Assembly (NCBI GenBank): GCA_934662505.1
Contig: CAKUKE010000008.1
Location: forward strand, 1,076-65,075
DNA: 64,000 bases
From: an uncultured Clostridia bacterium
GTDB taxonomy: Bacteria > Bacillota > Clostridia > Christensenellales > Aristaeellaceae
Reading direction: 5' to 3'
Numbering within the stretch: position 1 is the first letter of the stretch; every line of letters starts with the position of its first letter. Shown piece after piece: positions 32,942 to 42,469 of the stretch. The position numbers and the translations under genes are program-made. The notes beneath the pieces are model-generated. The model was not told the origin of the DNA and searched no databases. It was given only the letters and a program-made list of their open reading frames with translations.

Positions 32942-34885
32942 TCAGCGGGGCGTATCCGGCCATGCGGGCGCAGGCGCGTTAAGCGCGTACAGGTGCTGCC
33001 AGGAACGCCAGAACAGGCAGTGGTCGAAATAACGCTCCAGATAGATTTCACGTTCAGAAAAACCATCCATCAGCGCCCGAAGCGCGGGGGAACCGTCGCC
33101 GCCCCGGGCCGTCTGCGCCGCCGCTTCGGCAAACCGGCAGGCCAGATCCGCATGATGCGCAAGCAGCCGCCAGCAGACGGTGCGGGCGCGGACGCTCTGC
33201 ACCCGATGGGCGCGCAGCACGGGGCGGAACGCCTCCGTCCACTCGCGTACGGTATCCAGCTTTTCTGCGACAGCCGGGTTGTAAAGAAGACCGCGGGCTT
33301 CATCTGCGCTGAGGGAGCCTTCAAAGTAAGCCGCAGGCATGCGCTGACTCAGACCGTCCAGATAGTCCCACACTTTCCGCCAGTCGGGACCGTAGGCGTG
33401 AGAAAAATAGTCTTCCGCCAGCGCATCAAAGGAGACGGAGGCGTCAAACAGGGTCTCGGCGTATACGTAGTAACAGAACCCGCTGGGAAAAAAGCTGCGT
33501 TGGGAACCGTCCTCCACGATGCCGCTGAGTCCGTGGCGCTTCAGCCCCCGGACGTCGTCATAAATCAGCCGGGCATGGCGCACCGCGCCGAAGTCCCGGT
33601 ACTGGGAGAACCAGAAGTGATATTCGTAGGCAAAGGCGTCCCCGGGGAAAATCTGCCGCCATGTGTCCAGATGCGCCAGACACGCCCCCATGTTTCTGGG
33701 CGGGCGTACCCGGTTGAGCACAAAGGGCTGCATGGCGCCGGGGTCGGCGGGCTGGGCATAGCCGCTCATATAGCTGCGCCCAAGGGGAGCAAACAGCATC
33801 GTGAACCGGGACGGGTTGCGCAGACGCGCCTCTCCGGGCGCCCACATGGTCTCATAGTACAGAATGAATACGATGCGGGTGGGCAGCTGGGCGCGGGTCA
33901 GCTCCTCGTCTATATCGTTGAGCAGCGTCACATACCAGTCGGATACCGACCGGGCGCGGCAGGCGGGGCATTCGCAGTGGTTCAGGTTGTCGTCGGCCAG
34001 CCAGACGTGGAGAAAATCGACGTTCTGATGACGGCGGGCGTAGTCGGTTACATAGCGCGCCACGATGCGCCGCCCCTCGCTGTTGGAAAAGCAGATGTTG
34101 GTGTTCAGCGCCACGCCGCCGTGGAAGCAGCGCCGGCCGTCTACCTGCGCGATGAAGGGACGCGCCGCCTCGGGCACATCCTCGTCGCCGGGCGTCCAGC
34201 CGCTGCTGCTGTCCAGCCCGAAGGGCTCCGCGGTCCAGCCGTGTCCCATGTCGTGAAAGCGCAGACCGCGGCGGGCGATTTCCGCCTCGCACTGCCGTTT
34301 CCATTGCAGCACGGTGGGCTTGTCCACCGGCTCGGGCGGGCGGCGGGTGTTCATGGCGTGGCTGTAGTATTCATCGTAATAATGGAACGGCACGTCAAAT
34401 TCCATCATGTAGGTGTTCAGACCGATCTTGGGCGAAAAATCGATGGTGTCCAGCATGGCCTGCTGGCTCTCGGCGCCTTCGTTGCACTGGCCGCGGAAGC
34501 GGTGGTCGGCCAGCTTGCGGAAGGAAACGGGGGGCAGTTCTGCCAGCACGGGCACATATTCGCCGTCCACTCCCGGAAAAAGGAAGCGGCAGCCGCACAG
34601 GCGCAGATAACGGTAGACCGCGATGAGCACCGCGCCAGGGTTGGTGCCGGCGATGACGCCGCCGCAGGCATCCGTGCGGATGACGATCAGGTCGTCCAGC
34701 GCAGGGTCGGCGGCTTCCCGGTCGTCGATGTGCAGATCCCGCGTCAGCCCTACGCGGAACCCCTCCCCCCCGGCGGCGACGGCTACGTCCCCTCCCTCCG
34801 GGAGCAGCATGCGCAGATATTTTTTCAGTTCGCTCGCCGCAAAATGAACGGCGGGGTGGTCGCTGACAGGGATGATGCGCAGCAT
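32942..34885 (-). CDS. DUF4838-like putative glycoside hydrolase
   Basis: 647 aa from ATG 34885 (AAGGAG RBS; MLRIIPVSDHPAVHFAASELKKYL...). Resembles DUF4838 / GH20-like catalytic-domain proteins; this family call is from memory. Confidence 0.5.
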   Translation of the reverse strand: MLRIIPVSDHPAVHFAASELKKYLRMLLPEGGDVAVAAGGEGFRVGLTRDLHIDDREAADPALDDLIVIRTDACGGVIAGTNPGAVLIAVYRYLRLCGCRFLFPGVDGEYVPVLAELPPVSFRKLADHRFRGQCNEGAESQQAMLDTIDFSPKIGLNTYMMEFDVPFHYYDEYYSHAMNTRRPPEPVDKPTVLQWKRQCEAEIARRGLRFHDMGHGWTAEPFGLDSSSGWTPGDEDVPEAARPFIAQVDGRRCFHGGVALNTNICFSNSEGRRIVARYVTDYARRHQNVDFLHVWLADDNLNHCECPACRARSVSDWYVTLLNDIDEELTRAQLPTRIVFILYYETMWAPGEARLRNPSRFTMLFAPLGRSYMSGYAQPADPGAMQPFVLNRVRPPRNMGACLAHLDTWRQIFPGDAFAYEYHFWFSQYRDFGAVRHARLIYDDVRGLKRHGLSGIVEDGSQRSFFPSGFCYYVYAETLFDASVSFDALAEDYFSHAYGPDWRKVWDYLDGLSQRMPAAYFEGSLSADEARGLLYNPAVAEKLDTVREWTEAFRPVLRAHRVQSVRARTVCWRLLAHHADLACRFAEAAAQTARGGDGSPALRALMDGFSEREIYLERYFDHCLFWRSWQHLYALNAPAPAWPDTPR

Positions 34886-35145
34886 AAAAATCTCCTTTTC
34901 CGCGGACGGAGGCGTCCGCCCCTTTGCTGATGCGGTTGTTGCAAACGCATTGAGTATAGGGGAAAACCGGGAAAAAGTCAACGTTTCGCCCGGATATGCC
35001 ATGAAAATGCCGTTTTTCCCCTCCGCCTTCTTGCACGGGGAAAAGGCGTATGCTATAATGAAGCGAAAACCTGCGGCGCAGAAAACGCGCGCTGCGGGCA
35101 AAGGTACGAGCGAAACCGGCAATAAGCGGAAAGAGGAGAAAAGCC

Positions 35146-36210
35146 ATGCGTGTAAGGCTGGAAAACCTGACCAAAAAATTTGGCGCCACGGTCGCGGTGG
35201 ATCACTTTAACGCCGTTCTGGAGGACGGCGAGCTGATCTCCCTGCTGGGGCCCTCCGGCTGCGGAAAATCGACCATACTCAACATGCTGTCGGGCATCAT
35301 TCCCGTGACGGAGGGAAAAATCTTCTTTGACGACGAGGACGTGACCGCCCTGCCGCCCGAACGCAGGGGAATCGGTCTGGTGTTTCAGAACTATGCGCTG
35401 TATCCCCATATGACGGTGCTGCAGAACATCTGCTTTCCGCTGGAAATTCAGAAAGTGCCCAAGGCCGAGCGGGTGGAGCGGGCGATGGATATGGCGCGCC
35501 TTGTGCACGTGGACGACCTGATCAACCGCCGCCCCAAGGAGCTCTCCGGCGGCCAGCAGCAGCGGGTGGCCATCGCCCGTGCGCTGGTGAAGGAACCCCG
35601 GCTTCTTCTGCTGGATGAACCCCTGTCCAACCTGGACGCCCGTCTGCGGCTGGAAATGCGGGAGGAGATCCGCCGCATCCAGCAGAAAACGCAGGTGACC
35701 ACCGTGTTCGTCACCCACGATCAGGAAGAGGCCATGTCCATTTCCGATCATATCGTGCTGATGAAAAAGGGCGTGTTCCAGCAGTACGACGCGCCCCAGC
35801 ATCTGTATGACCAGCCGGCCAACCAGTTTGTGGCGGATTTTCTGGGCAACCCGCCCATCAACCATATTCCCGGCGTCATTGCGAACGGCGCGCTGGCGGT
35901 GGACGGCGGCGCGACCATCGCCCACCCCCTGTGCGCAAAGGCGCCCGAGGGACAGAAGGTGGTCTTTGCCCTCCGGGCGGAAAGCGCCTTTATCCCTGAA
36001 AACGGCGAGGCGCCCGTGGCGGAATGCACCGTGAAGAGCACCTACACCATGGGCAAGGAAGAACTGGCCTACCTGACCGTGGGTGCGGCGGAGTTCCGGG
36101 CGTATCTGTCCGCCGAGGAGCACCTGAAACCCGGTCAGACGGTGCCCATCGCGCTGCGAAACCGCGGTGTGTTCCTCTTTGATGCGGAAACGGGGGCGCG
36201 CTATCAATGA
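35146..36210 (+). CDS. sugar ABC transporter ATP-binding protein (MalK/MsmX/UgpC type)
   Basis: 354 aa with Walker A GPSGCGKST, signature LSGGQQQRVA, Walker B LLLDEP and a C-terminal TOBE-like domain. Confidence 0.93.
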   Translation: MRVRLENLTKKFGATVAVDHFNAVLEDGELISLLGPSGCGKSTILNMLSGIIPVTEGKIFFDDEDVTALPPERRGIGLVFQNYALYPHMTVLQNICFPLEIQKVPKAERVERAMDMARLVHVDDLINRRPKELSGGQQQRVAIARALVKEPRLLLLDEPLSNLDARLRLEMREEIRRIQQKTQVTTVFVTHDQEEAMSISDHIVLMKKGVFQQYDAPQHLYDQPANQFVADFLGNPPINHIPGVIANGALAVDGGATIAHPLCAKAPEGQKVVFALRAESAFIPENGEAPVAECTVKSTYTMGKEELAYLTVGAAEFRAYLSAEEHLKPGQTVPIALRNRGVFLFDAETGARYQ

Positions 36211-37451
36211 CGGAAACAAGAAAACTGCCCAGAAGGCTGCGCCGGCAGAGTCAGGCGACCCTGTACGTGCACACCGCCCTGTTCGCCCTGATCACGCTGG
36301 CGCTGCTGGCCCTGGCGGTGTACGGCGTCATGGGACTGAAAAACGCCGTGGCGGCGGACGGTACGCCCCTCACATGGGAGCAGGCGGTGGACAATGCCGC
36401 CACCCAGACCCTTGCCCGCAACTACAAAAAGCTCTCCGCCGGGGACAAATTGCGCTATAACGCGCAGGATAACTGGGTCGCCCTGCTGGTGGTGGCCGTG
36501 CTGGCCGGCGTGTTTACCGGGGTGCTTCTGAAAATGGCGTGCAGCCGGGACGTGTCCAGAAAGCATACGGTGTGCGGCTATCTGGAAGCGCTGGACTACC
36601 TTCTGCCCTTTCTGTTCGGACTCGTGCTGTTCACGGTGTACCCCATTGTGAACGTGGTGACGCTGGCGTTCAAGGAAAAGTACAATTACATTTACGACAG
36701 CTTTGCCTCGGTGGGCATTGATAATTTCCGCAAGGTGCTGAACGACCGCAATTTTATCAACGCGCTGAAAAACACCGCCCAGTACGTGGTGTTCGTGGTG
36801 CCCATCTCTACCTGCCTGTCGCTTGCGGTGGCCAACCTGCTCAACCGCAAGCTGAAGTTTTCCGCACTGTTCCAGACGGCCTACTTCCTGCCCATGGTGA
36901 CGGCGGCTACGGCTACGGGTCTGGCGTGGAAGTTCATGTTTCAGGCGGACTACGGTCTGATCAACTACCTGCTGGGCTTCTTCGGCGTGGAGCCCATCCG
37001 CTGGCTGACCGCCAGCCGCTACAACATCTGGGCGCTGATCATCTACGGCATCTGGAACATCATGCCCTTCACCATCATCCTGCTGCTCTCCGGACTGCAG
37101 AATATCGACGAGACCTACTACACCGCCGCGCGGGTGGACGGTGCCAAGGGAAAGCGCATTTTCTTCCGCATCACGGTTCCCCTGCTGGCGCCCACCATTT
37201 CTCTGGTGCTGATCATCAACTCCATTTCCTCGGCCAAGGTGTTCAACGAGATTTTCCCCCTGTTCAACGGCAACCCCGGCGCCCATGAGAACCTGTACAC
37301 CATGGTGTATTACATTTACAACTACGCCTTCAACGCCGGCGGTTCGGTGGATATGGGACGGGCGGCCGCAGCGGCCATCATTCTGTTCTTCATCCTGCTT
37401 GTCTTTACCATGCTGCAGCTGCTGGTACAGCGCAAGTGGCAGTATCATTGA
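36207..37451 (+). CDS. carbohydrate ABC transporter permease (MalF-like, extended N-terminus)
   Basis: 414 aa, multi-TM, with an EAA-loop region ...YYTAARVDGAKGKRIFFRITVPLLAP.... Overlaps the ATPase stop by 4 nt. Confidence 0.9.
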   Translation: MTETRKLPRRLRRQSQATLYVHTALFALITLALLALAVYGVMGLKNAVAADGTPLTWEQAVDNAATQTLARNYKKLSAGDKLRYNAQDNWVALLVVAVLAGVFTGVLLKMACSRDVSRKHTVCGYLEALDYLLPFLFGLVLFTVYPIVNVVTLAFKEKYNYIYDSFASVGIDNFRKVLNDRNFINALKNTAQYVVFVVPISTCLSLAVANLLNRKLKFSALFQTAYFLPMVTAATATGLAWKFMFQADYGLINYLLGFFGVEPIRWLTASRYNIWALIIYGIWNIMPFTIILLLSGLQNIDETYYTAARVDGAKGKRIFFRITVPLLAPTISLVLIINSISSAKVFNEIFPLFNGNPGAHENLYTMVYYIYNYAFNAGGSVDMGRAAAAAIILFFILLVFTMLQLLVQRKWQYH

Positions 37452-37465
37452 GGGAGGTGGCCTGC

Positions 37466-38335
37466 ATGAGCGTACAACAGCCGTCCCTGAAGGAAAACGC
37501 GTGGCGCGACCGGGTGGCTCCCGGGATCATCCGCTTCATTCAGTATTTCCTTCTGACTGCGGGAGCCCTGCTGATGGTGTTCCCCTTCTACTGGATGTTT
37601 ACCACCGCCTTTAAGACCGACGCCCAGGCGGTGCTCTTCCCGCCCAAGTGGTGGCCGGATACCTGGCAGTACCAGAACTTCCAGCGCGCCTTTGACGAAG
37701 CACCCTTCGCCACCTATTTCCTCAACTCCATCATCATCACCGCCGCTTCCGTTTCGCTGACGGGCGTTGTGACCATTCTGGGGGCGTTCGCCTTTTCCAG
37801 ACTGCGCTTCCCCGGCAGAACGCTGGTGTTTTCCATGCTGCTGTCTCTGATGATGGTGCCCTTTGAAATGCTGGTCATCACCAACTACACCACCATTGCC
37901 AAGTTAGGGTGGATGGATACGAAGATTGCCATGGTGGTGCCCTTTATGAGCAGCATTTTCTACACCTATATCCTGCGGAATTTCTTCGACTCCATCCCCG
38001 ACAGCCTGTACTGGTCGGCACGGGTGGACGGTTCCAGCAACTGGCACTATCTGTGGCGGGTCATGGTGCCCATCGCCCGGCCTTCCCTGATGACCATTCT
38101 GCTGCTCAACGCGCTGTCCTCCTGGAACTCCTTCATGTGGCCCATGCTGGTGACCACCACCAAGGTGAACCGTACATTGACCCTCGGTCTGTACGTGTTT
38201 ACCAGCGAAGACGGCGCGGTACCCAACATGTACATGGCGGCGTCCACCATCGTGGTGCTGCCCGTCATTATTCTGTTCCTGTTCTGCCGGAAGCAGATCG
38301 TCAACGGCGTGGCGCGCGGCGGCATCAAGGGATAA
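37466..38335 (+). CDS. carbohydrate ABC transporter permease (MalG-like)
   Basis: 289 aa from ATG 37466 (GGGAGG RBS) with EAA loop ...LYWSARVDGSSNWHYLWRVMVPIARP.... Confidence 0.9.
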   Translation: MSVQQPSLKENAWRDRVAPGIIRFIQYFLLTAGALLMVFPFYWMFTTAFKTDAQAVLFPPKWWPDTWQYQNFQRAFDEAPFATYFLNSIIITAASVSLTGVVTILGAFAFSRLRFPGRTLVFSMLLSLMMVPFEMLVITNYTTIAKLGWMDTKIAMVVPFMSSIFYTYILRNFFDSIPDSLYWSARVDGSSNWHYLWRVMVPIARPSLMTILLLNALSSWNSFMWPMLVTTTKVNRTLTLGLYVFTSEDGAVPNMYMAASTIVVLPVIILFLFCRKQIVNGVARGGIKG

Positions 38336-38393
38336 AAAAGGCTGGCGGAAAAGCAAGGGAATACGGTGCGTGACAAGTTGAATGCATCAAAAC

Positions 38394-38423
38394 AAAAGCC
38401 GGGGCATACGCCCCGGCTTTTTT
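38394..38423. terminator. bidirectional intrinsic terminator
   Basis: gccggggc/gccccggc stem with a 4-nt loop, flanked by an A-run and a T-run. Lies between the convergent ABC operon (+) and alaS (-). Confidence 0.8.
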
Positions 38424-38628
38424 GCGTGATTGCTGGAGAAAGCGTTCTTTTTCCGCGTTTTTATTTTATGAAAGAAATACAGGCAAGCCGCTCTTTGACG
38501 GCACCTCCGGCAGCGCAAGTCTGGGCAGCAGACGGTCGACTGCGCTGTCGCCGCACTGCCGCCCGGCCTGCGCCGGAACGGTTTCCAGCTGCCCGGCGCT
38601 GCGGGTGCTGCGCTTCGGATGGAAGGGC

Positions 38629-40599
38629 TTACGCCTTGCGGCCGATGGTGGCTTTGATGCGGCGCACACCGGCAGAGGAGGATTCTTCCTTCTGGATCTT
38701 GAAGGAGACCAGATCGCCCGTGTTGGAGGCGTGGGGGCCGCCGCAGATCTCCTTGGAGTAGGGACCCATGGTGTACACCTTGACCCGGTCGCCGTACTTG
38801 CTTTCAAACAGACCCATGGCGCCCTGCGCCTTGGCTTCTGCCACGGTCATTTCCTCCAGCGTGACGGGCACCCTGGCCTCAATGGCCTCGTTGACCAGCT
38901 TTTCTACCTGCGCCAGCTCCTCGGGGGTCATTTTGCGGCCGAGGGTGAAGTCGAAACGGAGCCGCTCGGCGGTGATGTTGCTGCCCTTCTGGTGCACCTC
39001 GTCGCCCAGCACCTTGCGCAGGGCGGCTTGCAGCAGGTGAGTGGCGGTGTGCAGACAGGCGGTCTGCTCGCTGGCGTCCGCCAAACCGCCCTTGAAGCGC
39101 TGCTCCGCGCCTGCGTGGCTGGTCTCCTGATGCTGTTTGAAGCGCTGGGCAAAGTCGTCCGCGTCCACGGTCAGCCCCTTTTCGGCGGCCAGCTCGGTGG
39201 TCATCTCAATGGGGAAGCCGTAAGTGTCATACAGCTTGAAGGCGCTGCGGCCGTCCATGACGGACAGGGTGGCAAGACGCGCCTGCAGGGCGGCCTTGAG
39301 CCCTTCCCGGTCGCCGGCGTCCGCCGCTTCGATGATGGGCAGCATGTCGGGGGAGGGGCGGAGCTTTTTGCTCTGGGCGCTCTCCCGGGCGGCAGCCACC
39401 ATGTCGTCCGCGTTCAGCAGCCCCTCCAGCAGGTTGCGGGTGCTGCAGATGTTGTTGTAGAGCTTGTCAAATTCCTTTTCGCCCTGCTTGAGGGTGCGGG
39501 CAAAGCGGCCTTCCTCCAGCTTCAGCTGCTCCAGCACGAAGGCGCTGTTTTCGGTCAGTTCGGGGTATACGTCCTTGTACTGGTCGATGATGACCTTGGC
39601 GATCTCGCAGGTGAACCCTTCCTGCAGCCCCAGCTGCATGCCGTAGCGCACAGCGCGGCGGATGAGGCGGCGGAGAATGTAGCCCTGATCCACATTGGAG
39701 GGGCTGACGCCGCGGGGGTCGCCCAGAATGAAGGTGGAGGTGCGCATATGGTCGGCTACGATGCGGAAGGCCTTGGTGTTTTCGTCGTCGGGGGTGTACT
39801 TTTTGCCGGAGAGTTCTTCAATGCGCGCCAGAATGTTGGCGAACAGGTCGGTCTCGTACACGCTCTTTTTGCCCGTCAGCACGCAGATGGTGCGCTCCAG
39901 ACCCATGCCGGTGTCCACGTTTTTCTGCTGCAGAGGCAGGAAGGAGCCGTCCGCCTGCTTGTTATACTGCATGAACACATCGTTCCAGATCTCCAGATAC
40001 GCGCCGCATTTGCAGGCGGGGGAGCAGTTCGGTCCGCAGGGCTTTTTAACGATCATGAACATTTCGCTGTCGGGGCCGCAGGGACCGGTCACGCCGGCGG
40101 GACCCCACCAGTTGTGCTCCTTGGGCAGGTAGAAAATGTGGTCGTCCTTCACCCCGCAGGAGCGCCACAGCTCGGCGGCTTCCTCATCCCGGGGACAGTC
40201 CCCGTCGCCTGCGAACACGGTGAAGGCCAGCTTGTCCTTGTCGATGCCCAGCCACTTTTCACTGGTCAGAAATTCCCAGCTCCAGGGAATCATTTCCTTC
40301 TTGAAATAGTCGCCCAGGCTCCAGTTGCCCAGCATTTCAAAAAAGGTCAGGTGGCTCATGTCGCCCACGTCGTCGATGTCGCCGGTGCGGATGCACTTCT
40401 GCACGTCGGTCAGGCGGTGACCGGCGGGGTGCTTCTGACCCAGCAGGTAGGGCACCAGAGGATGCATGCCTGCGGTGGTAAACAGCACGGTGGGGTCGTT
40501 CTCCGGGATGACGGAGGCGGAGGGAATGACGGCGTGTCCCTTTTCCTTGAAGAATTGCAGGAACAGGGCGCGCAGCTCGTTGGCAGTCATGGATTTCAT
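38629..40599 (-). CDS. alaS: alanine--tRNA ligase, short form (catalytic + tRNA-recognition + editing domains, no C-Ala/DHHA1 domain)
   Basis: 656 aa from ATG 40599 (GGAAAGGAG RBS), starting MKSMTANELRALFLQFFKEKGH.... Has FTTAGM and WNDVFMQY motifs, plus editing-domain HTATHLLQ and CGGPH. The protein ends ~35 aa after CGGPH. Confidence 0.9.
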   Translation of the reverse strand: MKSMTANELRALFLQFFKEKGHAVIPSASVIPENDPTVLFTTAGMHPLVPYLLGQKHPAGHRLTDVQKCIRTGDIDDVGDMSHLTFFEMLGNWSLGDYFKKEMIPWSWEFLTSEKWLGIDKDKLAFTVFAGDGDCPRDEEAAELWRSCGVKDDHIFYLPKEHNWWGPAGVTGPCGPDSEMFMIVKKPCGPNCSPACKCGAYLEIWNDVFMQYNKQADGSFLPLQQKNVDTGMGLERTICVLTGKKSVYETDLFANILARIEELSGKKYTPDDENTKAFRIVADHMRTSTFILGDPRGVSPSNVDQGYILRRLIRRAVRYGMQLGLQEGFTCEIAKVIIDQYKDVYPELTENSAFVLEQLKLEEGRFARTLKQGEKEFDKLYNNICSTRNLLEGLLNADDMVAAARESAQSKKLRPSPDMLPIIEAADAGDREGLKAALQARLATLSVMDGRSAFKLYDTYGFPIEMTTELAAEKGLTVDADDFAQRFKQHQETSHAGAEQRFKGGLADASEQTACLHTATHLLQAALRKVLGDEVHQKGSNITAERLRFDFTLGRKMTPEELAQVEKLVNEAIEARVPVTLEEMTVAEAKAQGAMGLFESKYGDRVKVYTMGPYSKEICGGPHASNTGDLVSFKIQKEESSSAGVRRIKATIGRKA

Positions 40600-40619
40600 G
40601 CGGATTCTCCTTTCCATTC

Positions 40620-40877
40620 AAAAAAAGTGCGCCTGTCCGTTTTCGAAGACGAACAGACGCACATGCATTCGCGGTACCACTTCGATTGACGGCGGCTGAA
40701 AACCGCACGTCCACCTCAAGCCGGATAACGGGACGGCCCCGACCCGCCTTTTTGACCGGCGGGCAGCTTACCGGCGGCTGTTCTGCCCGCCTGACGCGCC
40801 GGCCTCGCACCTTCTGCCGGCTCGCTTGGCGCAGATACGGGCGTACTTTTCCGGATCTTCGCTTTGGTTATGCAATT
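40620..40877 (-). promoter_or_regulatory. T-box riboswitch leader (Ala specifier) of alaS
   Basis: The minus strand carries a GCGAAGA K-turn, an AAAAGUA loop side and an AGCGAG bulge. Candidate specifier GCC-G (40778-40776) sits next to the CCGG helix. The T-box sequence AAGUGGUACCGCG is followed by an 11-bp terminator stem and UUUUUUU (40626-40620). Confidence 0.85.
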
Positions 40878-40883
40878 GGGATT

Positions 40884-40912
40884 ATTATAGTCACCCCGGA
40901 AGCGATTGTCAA
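40884..40912 (-). promoter_or_regulatory. consensus sigma-A promoter of the alaS T-box leader
   Basis: Minus strand reads TTGACA (40912-40907), 17 nt spacer, TATAAT (40889-40884). Confidence 0.8.
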
Positions 40913-40924
40913 GGGCTGCGCGGG

Positions 40925-41863
40925 TCACAGCGGCCGAACCACCGTGCGGGCAGTCAGCGGCACCGCGTCCTCCGCGCTGCACAGCGCGGGGGCGTCCGTC
41001 ATGACGGCCGCGCAGGACAGGGCGACACCCTGCCGGAGCATGTCCATGGGGGACAGACCGTTTACCAGCCCGGCGCACAATCCGGCCAGCAGCGCGTCGC
41101 CGGCGCCGTAGACGCTGCGTACGGGCACCTCCGGCGGGGTGCAGATCCATGCGGAGCCGGGCAGGATCAGATACGCGTCCTCCGCGCCCCGGGACAGGCA
41201 GACGCAGCCCGTGCCGGTATCCGTCATCAGCCGCCGTACGGCGGTCAGCGTTTCCTGTGGGTTGGCGGGATCCAGACCGGTCAGCGCCCGGAATTCCTGA
41301 CGGTTGGGCTTGATCAGGTCGGGCCCGGCAGCAACGGCCGCCCGGAGCGCCTCCCCGTCGCAGTCCACCGCTACCCGGCAGCCGGGATGGGCGGCGCGCA
41401 CCCTGCGCAGCACGTCCCCATAAAAGGTAGAGGGCGCACCCTGCGGGAGGCTGCCCGTCAGCACGAGCAGGCGGCTGTCCGACGCTGCGTCGATCAGCGC
41501 CTGCGCCATGTGAGCAAGGAGCGGTTCGGGGAGGGGGCGGCTTTCTTCGTTGATCTCGACCGTGGCGCCGGAGCGGGCGTTTCGTATTTTCAGGTTGACC
41601 CGCAGGGAACCCGGCGCGTCGGTCAGCAGGGCGGGCACGCCGTGAGCCGCCGCTAAAAGGCGGACGGGGCTGCCGCTTTCGGGAAAGTCCGTGCTGACCA
41701 GCCGTACGGGTACGCCCAGCGCCCGCAGCGCCAGCGCCACGTTGATTCCCTTGCCCGCCGTATCCGCCCGCAGCACGCGCCCGCGGTTCGTTTTATCCGC
41801 CTGAAAATCGGGCAGCGCCAGCGTTTTATCCACGCAGGGGCTGAGGCATGCCACGGTAATCAT
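40925..41863 (-). CDS. PfkB-family sugar kinase (1-phosphofructokinase/tagatose-6-P kinase type)
   Basis: 312 aa with motifs GKGINVA and GAGDALLAG. Confidence 0.85.
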   Translation of the reverse strand: MITVACLSPCVDKTLALPDFQADKTNRGRVLRADTAGKGINVALALRALGVPVRLVSTDFPESGSPVRLLAAAHGVPALLTDAPGSLRVNLKIRNARSGATVEINEESRPLPEPLLAHMAQALIDAASDSRLLVLTGSLPQGAPSTFYGDVLRRVRAAHPGCRVAVDCDGEALRAAVAAGPDLIKPNRQEFRALTGLDPANPQETLTAVRRLMTDTGTGCVCLSRGAEDAYLILPGSAWICTPPEVPVRSVYGAGDALLAGLCAGLVNGLSPMDMLRQGVALSCAAVMTDAPALCSAEDAVPLTARTVVRPL

Positions 41864-41891
41864 GCAAAACGCCTCTTTCTGTGATGGCTTG

Positions 41892-42410
41892 TTATAGATG
41901 GAGCGGTTTTTTCAGCCGGCGCGCCAGCAGAAGCGCCAGCGCGGTTTTGGCCGCATCGCCGGGCAGGAAGGGAATGACGCAGGCGGACAGGCTGACTGCC
42001 AGCGTCTTGCCCGTCAGATGCACGAACCACGCGGTGCCGAGCGCATAGCAGGCGGCGATGCCCAGCACCATGAACAGCAGCATTTGCCACACGTTTTTGC
42101 CGCGCCCCAGACCACTGATGGCGACGCAGAGCAGATAGCCGATCAGGTATCCGCCGGTCGGCCCCAGCAGCGCGCCCGCGCCGCCCCGGAAGGAGGCAAA
42201 GACGGGGACGCCCGCCAGCCCCAGCAGCAGATAACAGCCGATGCTCAGGCACCCGGAGACGGGTCCCAGCAGCGCGCCGCAGAGCAGCACGGGCAGCAGC
42301 GCCAGATTGATGGGCACGGGGCCGATGGGGATGCTGATCCAGGAGCAGACTGCCGTCAGGGCGGCAAACAGGGCGCACAGCGCCAGATTCCGGGTTGAAA
42401 AGGTTTTCAT
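41892..42410 (-). CDS. bioY: biotin transporter BioY (ECF S-component)
   Basis: 172 aa with 5-6 TM segments and a typical BioY sequence ...PVPINLALLPVLLCGALLGP...GGYLIGY.... Confidence 0.9.
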   Translation of the reverse strand: MKTFSTRNLALCALFAALTAVCSWISIPIGPVPINLALLPVLLCGALLGPVSGCLSIGCYLLLGLAGVPVFASFRGGAGALLGPTGGYLIGYLLCVAISGLGRGKNVWQMLLFMVLGIAACYALGTAWFVHLTGKTLAVSLSACVIPFLPGDAAKTALALLLARRLKKPLHL

Positions 42411-42469
42411 GGACAGGCGACTCCTTTGGTATGGCTTCTGTGAATCAGAGCGCTAAGTAGTATACTATA

